A stretch of DNA of 64,000 bases from an uncultured delta proteobacterium (GTDB taxonomy: Bacteria > Myxococcota_A > Polyangia > Polyangiales > Polyangiaceae), in assembly GCA_963696385.1 (NCBI GenBank), contig CAVOKF010000008.1, positions 256,001-320,000 on the forward strand, read 5' to 3'. Shown piece by piece: positions 9,193-18,347 of this stretch. The translations under genes were made by a program, and so were the position numbers. The notes beneath the pieces were generated by a model, which saw nothing but the letters and a program-made list of their open reading frames with translations, ran no database searches and was not told where the DNA came from. How positions within the stretch are numbered: position 1 is the first letter of the stretch; each line of letters starts with the position of its first letter.

Positions 9193-10884
9193 TCAGACCG
9201 TCACGTCCGCCATGACGATCGGAGGCACATGAAGCATCGCCACGTCGGGGTGACGCCGCCCCTCCCCCGCCATCAGAATCGCCTCCGTCAGGTTTCGCGC
9301 GCGCTCCCAGCCGAGCAGCTTCGGAATGTACTCGTTGTCGGATCCAACGACGATGACGCGGCCCAGATGCTGGCGGCCGGCTTCACCCCAATACCACATG
9401 AAGAAGGGGTGGGCAGGGTGATAGGCATGTCCGCGCCGGTACATGGCAAGGTAAGCGGGGTTGGTCGCGAACTTTTCCTCGAACCTGTCGTGCATCACGG
9501 CCGCGTCGCGCGTAACGGGCAGAACGTCGTGCACGAACTCGACGTAGGCGGAGTGCTGATCGGCGTCGAACAGGTCGGTGCACGGGTGGAAGACGATCAT
9601 CGCGCCGCCCTTTCGGACGATCGGCGCCCCCCGGTACATGTTGAAGAGATAGCCCTGCGCCATCACCTGAACGAGCAGAGGGTTGAGGAATGCGTTGACG
9701 TTGTACGGACTGATGTACGGAATGCCGCATACGAGTATATCGGCCTGACCGCGCAGCGGTACGAGGTACTGCGCATAGGCCTTCTCGAGCGTTTTCGCGT
9801 GCACCGCCTCGCACTCTCCGGCGAACACGCCCGTCATGGAGAAGGGCGACGGAACGCGTTCGAAGATCGCCTGTCGCGCGGCGCGAGGAAGCTTCGCAAG
9901 GGTGTACGCGAGACCGCTGAAGGCAGCTCGCTCGGAGCCCGTCCAGTCGTCTTCGTTCTTGGACAGGAAGGAGAGCGGACGTTCGAACATCCGATTGTCG
10001 ACCGTGGTCTCGATGTGAAATACGTCGAGGGTCTTCTCGGCCACTCGGCCCATCCGGTCGACGCTCGTGGCGAGCGCGCTGGAGGCCGGGTCCATGTACG
10101 ACCAGCATTTTCGCATGACGTGCGGGTTGTGGTGAGCGCGCAAGCTGCGATACCCACAGAGACCCACGGCCACCGACTTGTGGCCTCCCGACATGGGTAC
10201 GAAATTCAGACTGACGTAGATGAGCAGATCGGCTTCCACCGCCTTGCGGTTGAGTTCCACGAGCTCGCCGTGATCGGTCGTCCCGACGACCTTCAGGCCT
10301 TTGGGATCCTCGGCATCGTGGCAATAGAGTCGATCCGGCCAATACGCATTGAAGATGCGATCGCCTGTCATGTGACGCACTTCGGCGGCCGTCATCCGTC
10401 GGTGAATCGAGGTCGCGATGACCATTTCGATGTCTTCGACGCCGTGGTCGGCCAGCATGCCGAGCACAATCGTGAGCACGCGCTGGCGCGTATCGGGCGT
10501 GCGCATCGGCGGCAGAGGCACCGACACGTCGTCGATGGCGATGACGACGCTCATTCCGGGCCGGAGTTTCGCGTGCAGCGGATCGCTGCCGAGCGGATGG
10601 TTGAGCGCGTAGCGGATGGCAGCGTCGGGATCTTTGAGCGACTCGAGTGGCGGTCGCGGATAGATCACCCGCGTGCCCTCCGGCAGATCCACGCTAACGA
10701 GCTGGTCCCCGCTGAAGACGGCCCGCGGCGCGCTTTTGCGGTCGATGGTCACGACCAGCGGATGCGTGTTGCGCACGCCCGGACGGGGAGCGACGTCGGA
10801 GGACCTTGCGATCGGAGCCGCGACGCCGGAGTCGTTCGGTTCGGCGGCATCGGCGTCGGGCAGCTGCAACGGCAGCGTCGTCAT
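9193..10884 (-). CDS. Lactate racemase (LarA/DUF2088)-domain protein in the elb-like operon
   Basis: IRYALNHPLGSDPL, IAIDD, IATSIHRRM, HDAEDP, SGGHK; ATG overlaps the HAD gene stop (ATGA). Confidence 0.75.
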   Translation of the reverse strand: MTTLPLQLPDADAAEPNDSGVAAPIARSSDVAPRPGVRNTHPLVVTIDRKSAPRAVFSGDQLVSVDLPEGTRVIYPRPPLESLKDPDAAIRYALNHPLGSDPLHAKLRPGMSVVIAIDDVSVPLPPMRTPDTRQRVLTIVLGMLADHGVEDIEMVIATSIHRRMTAAEVRHMTGDRIFNAYWPDRLYCHDAEDPKGLKVVGTTDHGELVELNRKAVEADLLIYVSLNFVPMSGGHKSVAVGLCGYRSLRAHHNPHVMRKCWSYMDPASSALATSVDRMGRVAEKTLDVFHIETTVDNRMFERPLSFLSKNEDDWTGSERAAFSGLAYTLAKLPRAARQAIFERVPSPFSMTGVFAGECEAVHAKTLEKAYAQYLVPLRGQADILVCGIPYISPYNVNAFLNPLLVQVMAQGYLFNMYRGAPIVRKGGAMIVFHPCTDLFDADQHSAYVEFVHDVLPVTRDAAVMHDRFEEKFATNPAYLAMYRRGHAYHPAHPFFMWYWGEAGRQHLGRVIVVGSDNEYIPKLLGWERARNLTEAILMAGEGRRHPDVAMLHVPPIVMADVTV

Positions 10885-11582
10885 GGAATGCGCTCCAGGA
10901 TCTGGGCGACCGCGGAAGGACGCGCGCCGAGGTGCAAGACCGGCCAAGAGTAGGTGCGGGCGAGCTTCATGAGACGCAGATCCGGATTGACGGCGCACGG
11001 GTGACCCACGATCGAGAGCATCGGCACATCGGAATAACTATCCGAATACGCGAAGCAGTCGTCCAGATCTTGCTTTTCGTGGCGCGCCCATTCGCGAACC
11101 AATCGCGCCTTCTCGGGACCCGCCACGATCGGGCGCAGCAGTCGTCCCGTCGCATAGCCGTCCTGAAACTCGAGCCGGTTGCTGATAACGGCCGTCGCGC
11201 CGAGGTGCGCCGCCAAGCGATCCATCAAAAAATCGAGCGCACCGGAAATCAGGACGACCTCGTGGCCCTCGGCCCGGCAGCGATCGACGAGTTGACGCGC
11301 GCCAGGAAATACGGCGCCCCGCAGTACGCGGTCGAAGGCCTCGTCGGCCAGCAGAAGGAGCCGATCCTGCGATATTCCCTCGTAGGCGGCGAAGAGCAGC
11401 TCGTTGAATCGGCGGCGATCGACCCATTCCGCCAACGCCATGCGCGGCCCCCGGGCAGCGGCGCGGGCCAGCGCACCGAAGCTGCGGAGCGGGTTGGGGG
11501 TATGGGTCAGGTAAAATAAGGTCGGGTGAAGCAGATTGGTTCGGACCAGCGTGCCGTCGACGTCGAAAAAGCTGGCGGGCAC
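10881..11582 (-). CDS. HAD-IB family hydrolase (SerB-like), positional equivalent of ElbB
   Basis: FFDVDGTL, LISGA, AYSDSYSDVPML, AVNPD. Confidence 0.9.
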   Translation of the reverse strand: MPASFFDVDGTLVRTNLLHPTLFYLTHTPNPLRSFGALARAAARGPRMALAEWVDRRRFNELLFAAYEGISQDRLLLLADEAFDRVLRGAVFPGARQLVDRCRAEGHEVVLISGALDFLMDRLAAHLGATAVISNRLEFQDGYATGRLLRPIVAGPEKARLVREWARHEKQDLDDCFAYSDSYSDVPMLSIVGHPCAVNPDLRLMKLARTYSWPVLHLGARPSAVAQILERIP

Positions 11583-11589
11583 GGGAGGG

Positions 11590-11619
11590 TGGCTAGCGCC
11601 AGACGGAAGCGAATGTCAA
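11590..11619 (-). promoter_or_regulatory. Putative promoter of the elb-like operon, possibly leaderless
   Basis: TTGACA-N18-TAGCCA ending 7 nt before the GTG at 11582; no SD visible. Confidence 0.35.
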
Positions 11620-11739
11620 CGGTTCTGCGCAGAACGACCGCCCGGCGCCCGGGCGACCCCAGACGGGTTCCCGCGAGCTGCCGGAAGGACGACGCGACCC
11701 CTTGCGCATTCGTGTGCGCCTGGTCTTTGATCGCCGGCC

Positions 11740-12666
11740 GTGGAACGCGTCACCCTGCCGATCGCCGAGATCCAGAGCCCCCGTACGCACGATCGCCGCC
11801 CGGACGACGATGCTCCGCTCGAAGCGAGTGAAGGCGGGCTCAGTCGCCTCGAACGAATGCAAATTCGCCTGGTCCGAGCCACATTGGAGCCCGGTCCGCT
11901 CGATTCGGCGATCCGTCTTTGCCAGCGCACGGTCGGCCAAGGATGGATCCGCGCCGTGTCGATGCGTCTTCGACGCGTCGCCGGCTTGAATCGCCTTCCG
12001 CCGTGGAATCCGTCGCAAAGCGTCATCCTGGTTGCCAACCATCGGTCGTTTTTCGATCTGTACGTGACGACCGCCGAGCTCGTGGCGCACGGGCTGCCGC
12101 AGCGCATTTTATTCCCGGTACGTTCGAATTTTTTCTACGACCACCCTCTCGGACCGCTGGTCAACGGGACGATGAGCTTCTTCGCGATGTACCCGCCGAT
12201 CTTTCGAGACCGCAAGCGGGCCGCGCTCAATCTGGCGAGCCTCGACGAGCTCTCGCTGCTGCTGCGCCGGGGCGGCTTTTTCGTCGGCTTTCACCCCGAG
12301 GGAACGCGCAACAAGAGCGCCGATCCGTACAGGCTTCTGCCGGCGCAAAGCGGTGTCGGCCGCGTCATTCACAAGGCCCGCGTGCCGGTCGTTCCCGTCT
12401 TCGTGAATGGACTGGGTAACGACCTGGTGCGCCAGCTTCGTGCGGGGGTCACCGGACGAGGCGATCCGATCTGGCTCGTGTTCGGGGCGCCCATCGATTT
12501 CGGCGACCTGCTGGACGCGCCAGCCGGGCCGGGAGCGTATCGGCGGATCGCCGAGCACTGCGTCAAGGCGATCGGAATGCTCGGCCAAGAGGAGAAGGAT
12601 CTTCGAGCGTCCTCGTCACTCGTTGACGCCGGCCTCGGTTCGCGTCACGAGATGGGCCAGCAGTGA
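11740..12666 (+). CDS. PlsC-family lysophospholipid acyltransferase
   Basis: VANHRSFFD (HX4D), FHPEGTRN, VPVVPV. Confidence 0.88.
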   Translation: MERVTLPIAEIQSPRTHDRRPDDDAPLEASEGGLSRLERMQIRLVRATLEPGPLDSAIRLCQRTVGQGWIRAVSMRLRRVAGLNRLPPWNPSQSVILVANHRSFFDLYVTTAELVAHGLPQRILFPVRSNFFYDHPLGPLVNGTMSFFAMYPPIFRDRKRAALNLASLDELSLLLRRGGFFVGFHPEGTRNKSADPYRLLPAQSGVGRVIHKARVPVVPVFVNGLGNDLVRQLRAGVTGRGDPIWLVFGAPIDFGDLLDAPAGPGAYRRIAEHCVKAIGMLGQEEKDLRASSSLVDAGLGSRHEMGQQ

Positions 12667-13544
12667 AGGCGTACCTCGATCTCGTCCGCACCGTGCTCGT
12701 CCGAGGCACGCGAAAAACCAACCGCACCGGCGTCGACACGCTGTCGACGTTCAACGTCAATTACGAGATCGACCTAGGGCTCGGCTTTCCGCTGCTGACG
12801 ACCAAAGAGATTTCGTGGAAGAATATCGTCGTCGAGAACCTTTGGTTTCTCAGCGGACAGACGGACATCGGAATCCTCAAAAGGCACGGCTGCAAGTTTT
12901 GGGACCCTTGGGCCGACGAGAACGGACGCGTGCCGAGCGCCTACGGCAACCTGTGGCGACACTTCCCCGTTCACGACGCCGAGGGTCGAGCCGCCACCAA
13001 TGACCAGTTGCGCTGGGTCGTGCGAGAAATCGCCCAAAATCCAATGAGCCGCCGGCTGGTCGTCACCGCGTGGGCCCCGGGCAACGCGCAGACCAGTCGC
13101 CTGCCCCCGTGTCACCTGCTCTTCGCGTTCAACGTGCAGATGGACGAGCGCGGCGAACCAACGCTGTGCTTGCACCTGACGCAGCGGAGCGCCGACGTCG
13201 CGCTCGGAATTCCGTACAACATCGCCGGTTATGCCCTCTTGCTCCATCTTTTTTCGAGATTCACGGGCATTCGTCCGGGCGTATTTGCCCATACTCTGGT
13301 GGACGCTCACATTTACACAGCCAAAGCGGACGGATCGATGGCGGAATACGACCACGTTCCCGGGCTGAAGCGGCAGCTCGATCGACCGCCGCGGCCATTG
13401 CCGACACTCGCCATCGATCCGAGCATTCGCACGCTCGATGACATCGAGCCCCTCCTCAAGGCCGACACCGAGACGGTCATGAAGCACTTCGTGCTCACGG
13501 GCTACGAGCCCCACCCGCCGATCGCGTTCAAGGTCGCGGTCTGA
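12663..13544 (+). CDS. thyA: Thymidylate synthase
   Basis: RTGVDT, FPLLTTK, LPPCH, QRSADVALGIPYN, DAHIY, C-terminal VAV. Confidence 0.96.
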   Translation: MKAYLDLVRTVLVRGTRKTNRTGVDTLSTFNVNYEIDLGLGFPLLTTKEISWKNIVVENLWFLSGQTDIGILKRHGCKFWDPWADENGRVPSAYGNLWRHFPVHDAEGRAATNDQLRWVVREIAQNPMSRRLVVTAWAPGNAQTSRLPPCHLLFAFNVQMDERGEPTLCLHLTQRSADVALGIPYNIAGYALLLHLFSRFTGIRPGVFAHTLVDAHIYTAKADGSMAEYDHVPGLKRQLDRPPRPLPTLAIDPSIRTLDDIEPLLKADTETVMKHFVLTGYEPHPPIAFKVAV

Positions 13545-13570
13545 CGGCCAAACCGCCAAAACGACGCGCC

Positions 13571-14059
13571 ATGCGGGGTCTCATCTACGCGGTGTCGCCG
13601 GAAGGCGTGATCGGAAAGGGCGGTTCGATTCCCTGGCATTACCCGGGCGACATGAGGCGCTTCAAGCGCGTCACGATGGGCTCGACCGTCGTCATGGGCC
13701 GCCACACGTTCGAGTCACTCGGAAAACCGCTTCCCGGACGCCGCAACATCGTCGTCACGAGCCGAGCGATCGACCGGCTGGGAATCGAATGCGTGAAAAG
13801 CATCGAGGAAGCCGTGACGCGCGCGGCGGATTCCGACATCTGGTTCATCGGCGGTGCGCGGATCTACGCCGAGGCTATGGACCTCGCAGACCTCATCGAC
13901 GTGGCGTACGTGCCCGACCGCGTCGATCCGGTCGATGCGGTGCGCGCCCCGACCATCGACGAGAGCGTCTTCGAGGCCGGCCCCATCGTCGTGCACGAAG
14001 ACGACCCGCGCTTGACGCGCCGTGTCTACGTGCGAAGGCGCGCGCGCGAGAAGGCGTGA
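13571..14059 (+). CDS. folA: Dihydrofolate reductase
   Basis: VIG..IPWH..D..RFK, VVMGRHTFES..KPLPGRRNIV, FIGGARIY. Confidence 0.95.
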   Translation: MRGLIYAVSPEGVIGKGGSIPWHYPGDMRRFKRVTMGSTVVMGRHTFESLGKPLPGRRNIVVTSRAIDRLGIECVKSIEEAVTRAADSDIWFIGGARIYAEAMDLADLIDVAYVPDRVDPVDAVRAPTIDESVFEAGPIVVHEDDPRLTRRVYVRRRAREKA

Positions 14060-14086
14060 GAAGAGCGACTTGCCGCGCAGGCCCAT

Positions 14087-15100
14087 TCAGCGCCGCACGA
14101 GGCTTTCGGCGGCCAAGAGCGAGGAGGCCTGCTGCGCCGCGATCTCGCTCGTGCTTCGCGCGTGCGCCGCCGCCATGCGATCGGTCAGCAACGCCTCGGC
14201 CGCGTCCGGGTCGCCGGGACGCAAGATGCTCCGCACGAATACTTCGGCAGCCTTGTACGAGCTTCGGACGAGCGGTCCCGCCGCGACGAACGAAAAGCCC
14301 AGCGCCCGGCCCTCGCGAGCAAACGCGTCGAACCGCTCCGGAGCGACGTAACGGTCGACCGCGGCGTGCTTCAACGTCGGTCGCAAATATTGGCCAACCG
14401 TCAGGACGTCGACCCCTATCGATCGCAGATCGCGCATCGTCTCGACGACTTCGTCGTCGCGTTCGCCGATGCCGACCATGATCGAGCTCTTCGTGACGAC
14501 CTGGGGCGCCCTTTGCTTGGCGCGCGCCAGCACACCGAGCGACTGATCGTAGTCGCAACGCACATCGCGAATCGTGCGTTGCAGTCGGCGCACCACTTCG
14601 ATGTTGTGAGCCCACACGTCCGGGCGCGCGTCGACGGTCAGGTCGACCGAGTCCAGGTGTCCGCCGAAGTCGCCGACGAGCGTCTCGACGAGCATGTCGG
14701 GGCGCAAATCTTTCAGGCGGCGCACCGTTTTGGCGACATGCGCAGCGCCGCCGTCGAGTAGATCGTCTCTGTCGACCATCGTCATCACGACGTACTGCAG
14801 CGGCAGGCGGGCCAGAGCGCGAGCGACGTGCTCGGGCTCGCGAACGTCGACCGCACCACGCGGTTGCCCGGTCGTGACGGCACAGAAGCGACAGCCGCGG
14901 GTGCAGGTGTCGCCCAGCAGCATGATGGTCGCCGTCCCTTCGCTCCAGCACTCGCCGATGTTGGGGCAGCGCGCTTCCTCGCAGACGGTATGGAGATCGA
15001 GGCTGCGGAACGCGTCGCGTAATCCGATGTACCGCTCGCCGCCCGGTGCCCTGACACGAAGCCACGGCGGCTTGGGGGCGAAGCGCAGAGTCTCGGACAT
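14087..15100 (-). CDS. lipA: Lipoyl synthase
   Basis: CEEARCPNIGEC, CTRGCRFC, GQYLRP, PLVRSSY. Confidence 0.96.
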   Translation of the reverse strand: MSETLRFAPKPPWLRVRAPGGERYIGLRDAFRSLDLHTVCEEARCPNIGECWSEGTATIMLLGDTCTRGCRFCAVTTGQPRGAVDVREPEHVARALARLPLQYVVMTMVDRDDLLDGGAAHVAKTVRRLKDLRPDMLVETLVGDFGGHLDSVDLTVDARPDVWAHNIEVVRRLQRTIRDVRCDYDQSLGVLARAKQRAPQVVTKSSIMVGIGERDDEVVETMRDLRSIGVDVLTVGQYLRPTLKHAAVDRYVAPERFDAFAREGRALGFSFVAAGPLVRSSYKAAEVFVRSILRPGDPDAAEALLTDRMAAAHARSTSEIAAQQASSLLAAESLVRR

Positions 15101-15159
15101 CCGCTCAGCGCGATAGCGGATGTCCACCGCATGTCAACAAGGCTTGCCCCAGCCGGCGG

Positions 15160-15256
15160 CGACCTCGACCTCGACCTTACCTCGACCCCGACCCCGACCT
15201 CGACCTTACCCCGACCCCGACCCCGACCCCGACCTCACCTCGACCCTCGACCTCGA
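15160..15256. repeat. CGACCY hexamer array with a 29-nt higher-order unit
   Basis: (CGACCT)3 TACCT (CGACCY)4 TACCC (CGACCY)4 CACCT CGACCCT CGACCT. Confidence 0.9.
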
Positions 15257-15261
15257 AGTCT

Positions 15262-15501
15262 TTAGGAGGGGGTGTCTCCGCGGGCGTGGGTCATGCGGGC
15301 GGCGATTTCGTCTGTCGCGGTGCCCAGTTCGAGCAGAGCCGCCTCCTTGTGACCGTGAAGGTAGGCGCGGACGCCATCGACGAGCGTGATGGCGAGGGCG
15401 ACGTTTACGCCGATTTCGGCAAGCTCGGCACCGACGGTGGGGTTTTTGAGCAACAGGTTCAGCTGGTCGAGGAGTTCGTCGAACTCGCGGGACTTCGTCA
15501 T
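15262..15501 (-). CDS. Small hypothetical helical protein (79 aa)
   Basis: AAGGA SD-like motif before ATG, 9 nt after the ATPase-TPR stop; protein-like composition. Confidence 0.7.
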   Translation of the reverse strand: MTKSREFDELLDQLNLLLKNPTVGAELAEIGVNVALAITLVDGVRAYLHGHKEAALLELGTATDEIAARMTHARGDTPS

Positions 15502-15510
15502 AAAATCCTT

Positions 15511-18171
15511 TCAGGCGACGGCGACCACTGGACCGGCCGAAGTCCGCGTTTTCGCCAAGAGATCTTCCGCCCGCTTCGCGAGCTGGGCCGCCTCGGCGGC
15601 GACTTCCGGATTGGTCGCGTGCTCTGGCGTCTGCCGCAAGACCTCGGCGTACGCCCGGCAGCTTCGTGCAAGCTCGACTTCGTTGCCGATGGTCTCGAAG
15701 ATCGCGATCGACCGCTTCAAGAGACCCGCGGCGTCCTGAGAGCCGGGAATGCGCATCGCAATCTTGACCTCGGCCAGAGATCGCAAGGCCATACCGAGCT
15801 CGATGGGACTCTCGACTTCGGTGAACAGATCGACGGCTCGCTGGGTGAACGCCCTCGCCTTTTCGTACTCTCGCCGCACGAAATAAGCCTTGCCGAGCGA
15901 GTGCAGCGCCTCCCCCAAGCCGCGTCGATCGCCGAGATCGTCGGTGAGATCCTCGGCTTGCTTGAGAAATTGTCGAGCCTTGGACGCGTCCCCCGAGCGA
16001 TCGTGCATGGCTCCGAGATTCGTGAGAATCGAGGCGATCCGATTGCGATCGCCCATCTCCTTGCCCGCTTCGTAGGCCTCCTGAAAAAGCGCAAGCGCTT
16101 TCTTGTGCTCTCGCATGTCGCGGGCAACGGCGGCAAGCCCGCTCAACGTGATGCTGACGCCGACCAGGTCTCCGATCTCGCGCCGAATGCGCAGAGCATG
16201 GTCGAACGCTTCCGCGGCCGCCGCGAAGTTACCCGCCTCGTGGTGCACGAAGCCCAGATTGTTCAGGCTCAGGGCTTCACTGGGCCGATCGCCGATTTTA
16301 CGCCGCATCGCCAGAGAACGAAGCGCGTACTCGAGCGCCAGCGCGTAGTCCGCTTTGAGCCAGTGCAGCTTGCCGATGTCGTCGAGGGCCGCGGCAATCC
16401 CACGATCGTCCTGGGCTTGGCCGAACAGCGACAGGGCCGCCGTCAGGTGACGGCTCGCTTGATCCATGCGGCCCGTCTCGCGGTGCAGGCGTCCGATGCG
16501 CGAGTGAGCCGTTCCCCCGACGCTGCGCAAGTCGAGCCGCCAGGCGCGAGCCAGCACTTGAGTGAACGCGCGGTGCGCGGCGGCGTTTCGACCGAGCGAC
16601 TGCAGCACGTCGCCGTAGTGATGCACGGCGCGCAGGCGCAGATCCTCGTCGGCATGGTCGCAGTCGTCGAGCAGATCGATTCCCTTGGCGAAAAGCTCTG
16701 CTGCTTTGGCGTTCGCGCAACGCGACCGGGCCACCTCGCCTGCGCGGACGTACGACGAGGCCGCGAGCGACAGCGCGCCCGCCTTCTCGCGATGGCGCGC
16801 GAGCATCTCGAGATACTCCTCGCTCGCGGCGACGTTGCCGCGGAAGCTCAACCACTCCGCGATGGCGCGGTGGTATCGCCGAGCCGACGCGGGGGGCGTG
16901 AGCCGTTCGAGCGCCTCGCGCTCGAGATTGTGTTTGAACACGTATTCTTCATCGCCCCCGAACGTGCTGTCCGGCAAACGCAAGACGTAGTCGCGATCGA
17001 CGAGCTCACCCAAGCGCCGTCGCAGTCCAAGAACGTCGTCGGCTTCGCCGCCCTCCCACACCTCGGGCGCCGATTCGCCTTGACGATGAATGGAGACCAG
17101 GCCGCCGAGCCAGAACACTCCGCCCATCGCAGCGGCACGTTCGAGCAGCTGCCGGTCGTCACGCGCGAGCGCGGCAATTCGCGCCTGCACGGCGTCCTCG
17201 ACCGTGAGCGGCAACCGGACGCCCGCGAGCTTGTCCGCGCGGATGACCCAGCGTTCGTCCTCGAAATCGTCGGTCGCCTCGAGCACTCCGGCGTCGTGGT
17301 AGATGCGCACGATTTGTTCCAGGAGCGCAGGATTGCCACCCGCCAAGGTGACGGCCGTATCCACCAGCTCTTCGATCGCGGGTGCCTCGCCGCATGGCGT
17401 CAGCAGATCGCGCACGAACGTGGCGGCGTCCGATTCATCGAGGGGCCCCAGTTCGATCACCGCGTGCCGATCGCCGCCATAGCGCCGCCAGCCATCGTGC
17501 CGGGTCAGCATCTCCGGACGCGACGCACACAAAAGCAATATCGGCCCTCGCAAATTCTCGACCAGATAGGCGAGCAGCTCGAGCGAGTCGTCGTGAGCCC
17601 ACTGCAGGTCGTCGAACACCAGAACGAGCGGGTCGGTCGCCTTGCTCGCGTCGGTCTCGAGGAAATTCTTGATGACGGCGCGACGCATCGACCGCATCGG
17701 CTGCGGATCGCCGACGACCGCGCGAACGAGCGGAGAGTCCTGAAACCCGAGTTCGAGCAGTTGGCCCAAGAAATACGCGACGTCGCCGACCTTCCGATCC
17801 TCGAGCACGGCGGCGAGCTGCGTTCGCACTTGCGCCTTGGCCGCCTCTTCGTCCATGCCTTCGACGATTCCGAAGCGACCGCGCAAGATCCGTGCGAAGA
17901 CCTCGTACGCGGGGCCTCCCTCACGAGCGGACCCGCGAAAGACGCGGGGCCTTCCCCCGAGCTCGCGGGATCGGACCAAAAACTCGCGCACCAGACGCGT
18001 CTTGCCGATGCCCGTCGCGCCCAGCACCGTCACGGTTCGCGCTTGGACCAGATCGCGTGCAAAAGCGTAGGCGCGCTTGAGTTCAGCCATCTCGGATTCT
18101 CGCCCCACCAAAACGGTGCGGCGCTCGGTAGCCGAGAAGCGAAGGGCCGGGAATAAGCTGTCGGGCGACAC
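15511..18171 (-). CDS. STAND-like (AAA_16) ATPase with C-terminal TPR repeats; start uncertain (ORF open to 18255)
   Basis: LVGRESE, Walker A GATGIGKT, Walker B LVLVFDDLQWA, AGGNPA, YVFKHNL, followed by TPR helices. Confidence 0.85.
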   Translation of the reverse strand: MSPDSLFPALRFSATERRTVLVGRESEMAELKRAYAFARDLVQARTVTVLGATGIGKTRLVREFLVRSRELGGRPRVFRGSAREGGPAYEVFARILRGRFGIVEGMDEEAAKAQVRTQLAAVLEDRKVGDVAYFLGQLLELGFQDSPLVRAVVGDPQPMRSMRRAVIKNFLETDASKATDPLVLVFDDLQWAHDDSLELLAYLVENLRGPILLLCASRPEMLTRHDGWRRYGGDRHAVIELGPLDESDAATFVRDLLTPCGEAPAIEELVDTAVTLAGGNPALLEQIVRIYHDAGVLEATDDFEDERWVIRADKLAGVRLPLTVEDAVQARIAALARDDRQLLERAAAMGGVFWLGGLVSIHRQGESAPEVWEGGEADDVLGLRRRLGELVDRDYVLRLPDSTFGGDEEYVFKHNLEREALERLTPPASARRYHRAIAEWLSFRGNVAASEEYLEMLARHREKAGALSLAASSYVRAGEVARSRCANAKAAELFAKGIDLLDDCDHADEDLRLRAVHHYGDVLQSLGRNAAAHRAFTQVLARAWRLDLRSVGGTAHSRIGRLHRETGRMDQASRHLTAALSLFGQAQDDRGIAAALDDIGKLHWLKADYALALEYALRSLAMRRKIGDRPSEALSLNNLGFVHHEAGNFAAAAEAFDHALRIRREIGDLVGVSITLSGLAAVARDMREHKKALALFQEAYEAGKEMGDRNRIASILTNLGAMHDRSGDASKARQFLKQAEDLTDDLGDRRGLGEALHSLGKAYFVRREYEKARAFTQRAVDLFTEVESPIELGMALRSLAEVKIAMRIPGSQDAAGLLKRSIAIFETIGNEVELARSCRAYAEVLRQTPEHATNPEVAAEAAQLAKRAEDLLAKTRTSAGPVVAVA

Positions 18172-18347
18172 GGACCCCTGAGAATAGCCTAGGCGCCGCA
18201 TCCGGACCGAAAGGTTACGCACAAGGAGCGACGTCGCGGCTCGCGAGGTCGGCAAAACTTGGCCGTCCCAGACCGGGCGTGCTCTCCCTCGACGTCGGGC
18301 CGAGCGGCCGCAGATCCGCGCCGCCGCCGCACCGTCAATCGACTCCG

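Noticed and set aside
15120..15389. ORFs through hexamer arrays (also 63205-63444, 63221-63406)
   Set aside because: PR/DL/TS dipeptide runs are translation artefacts of the repeats.
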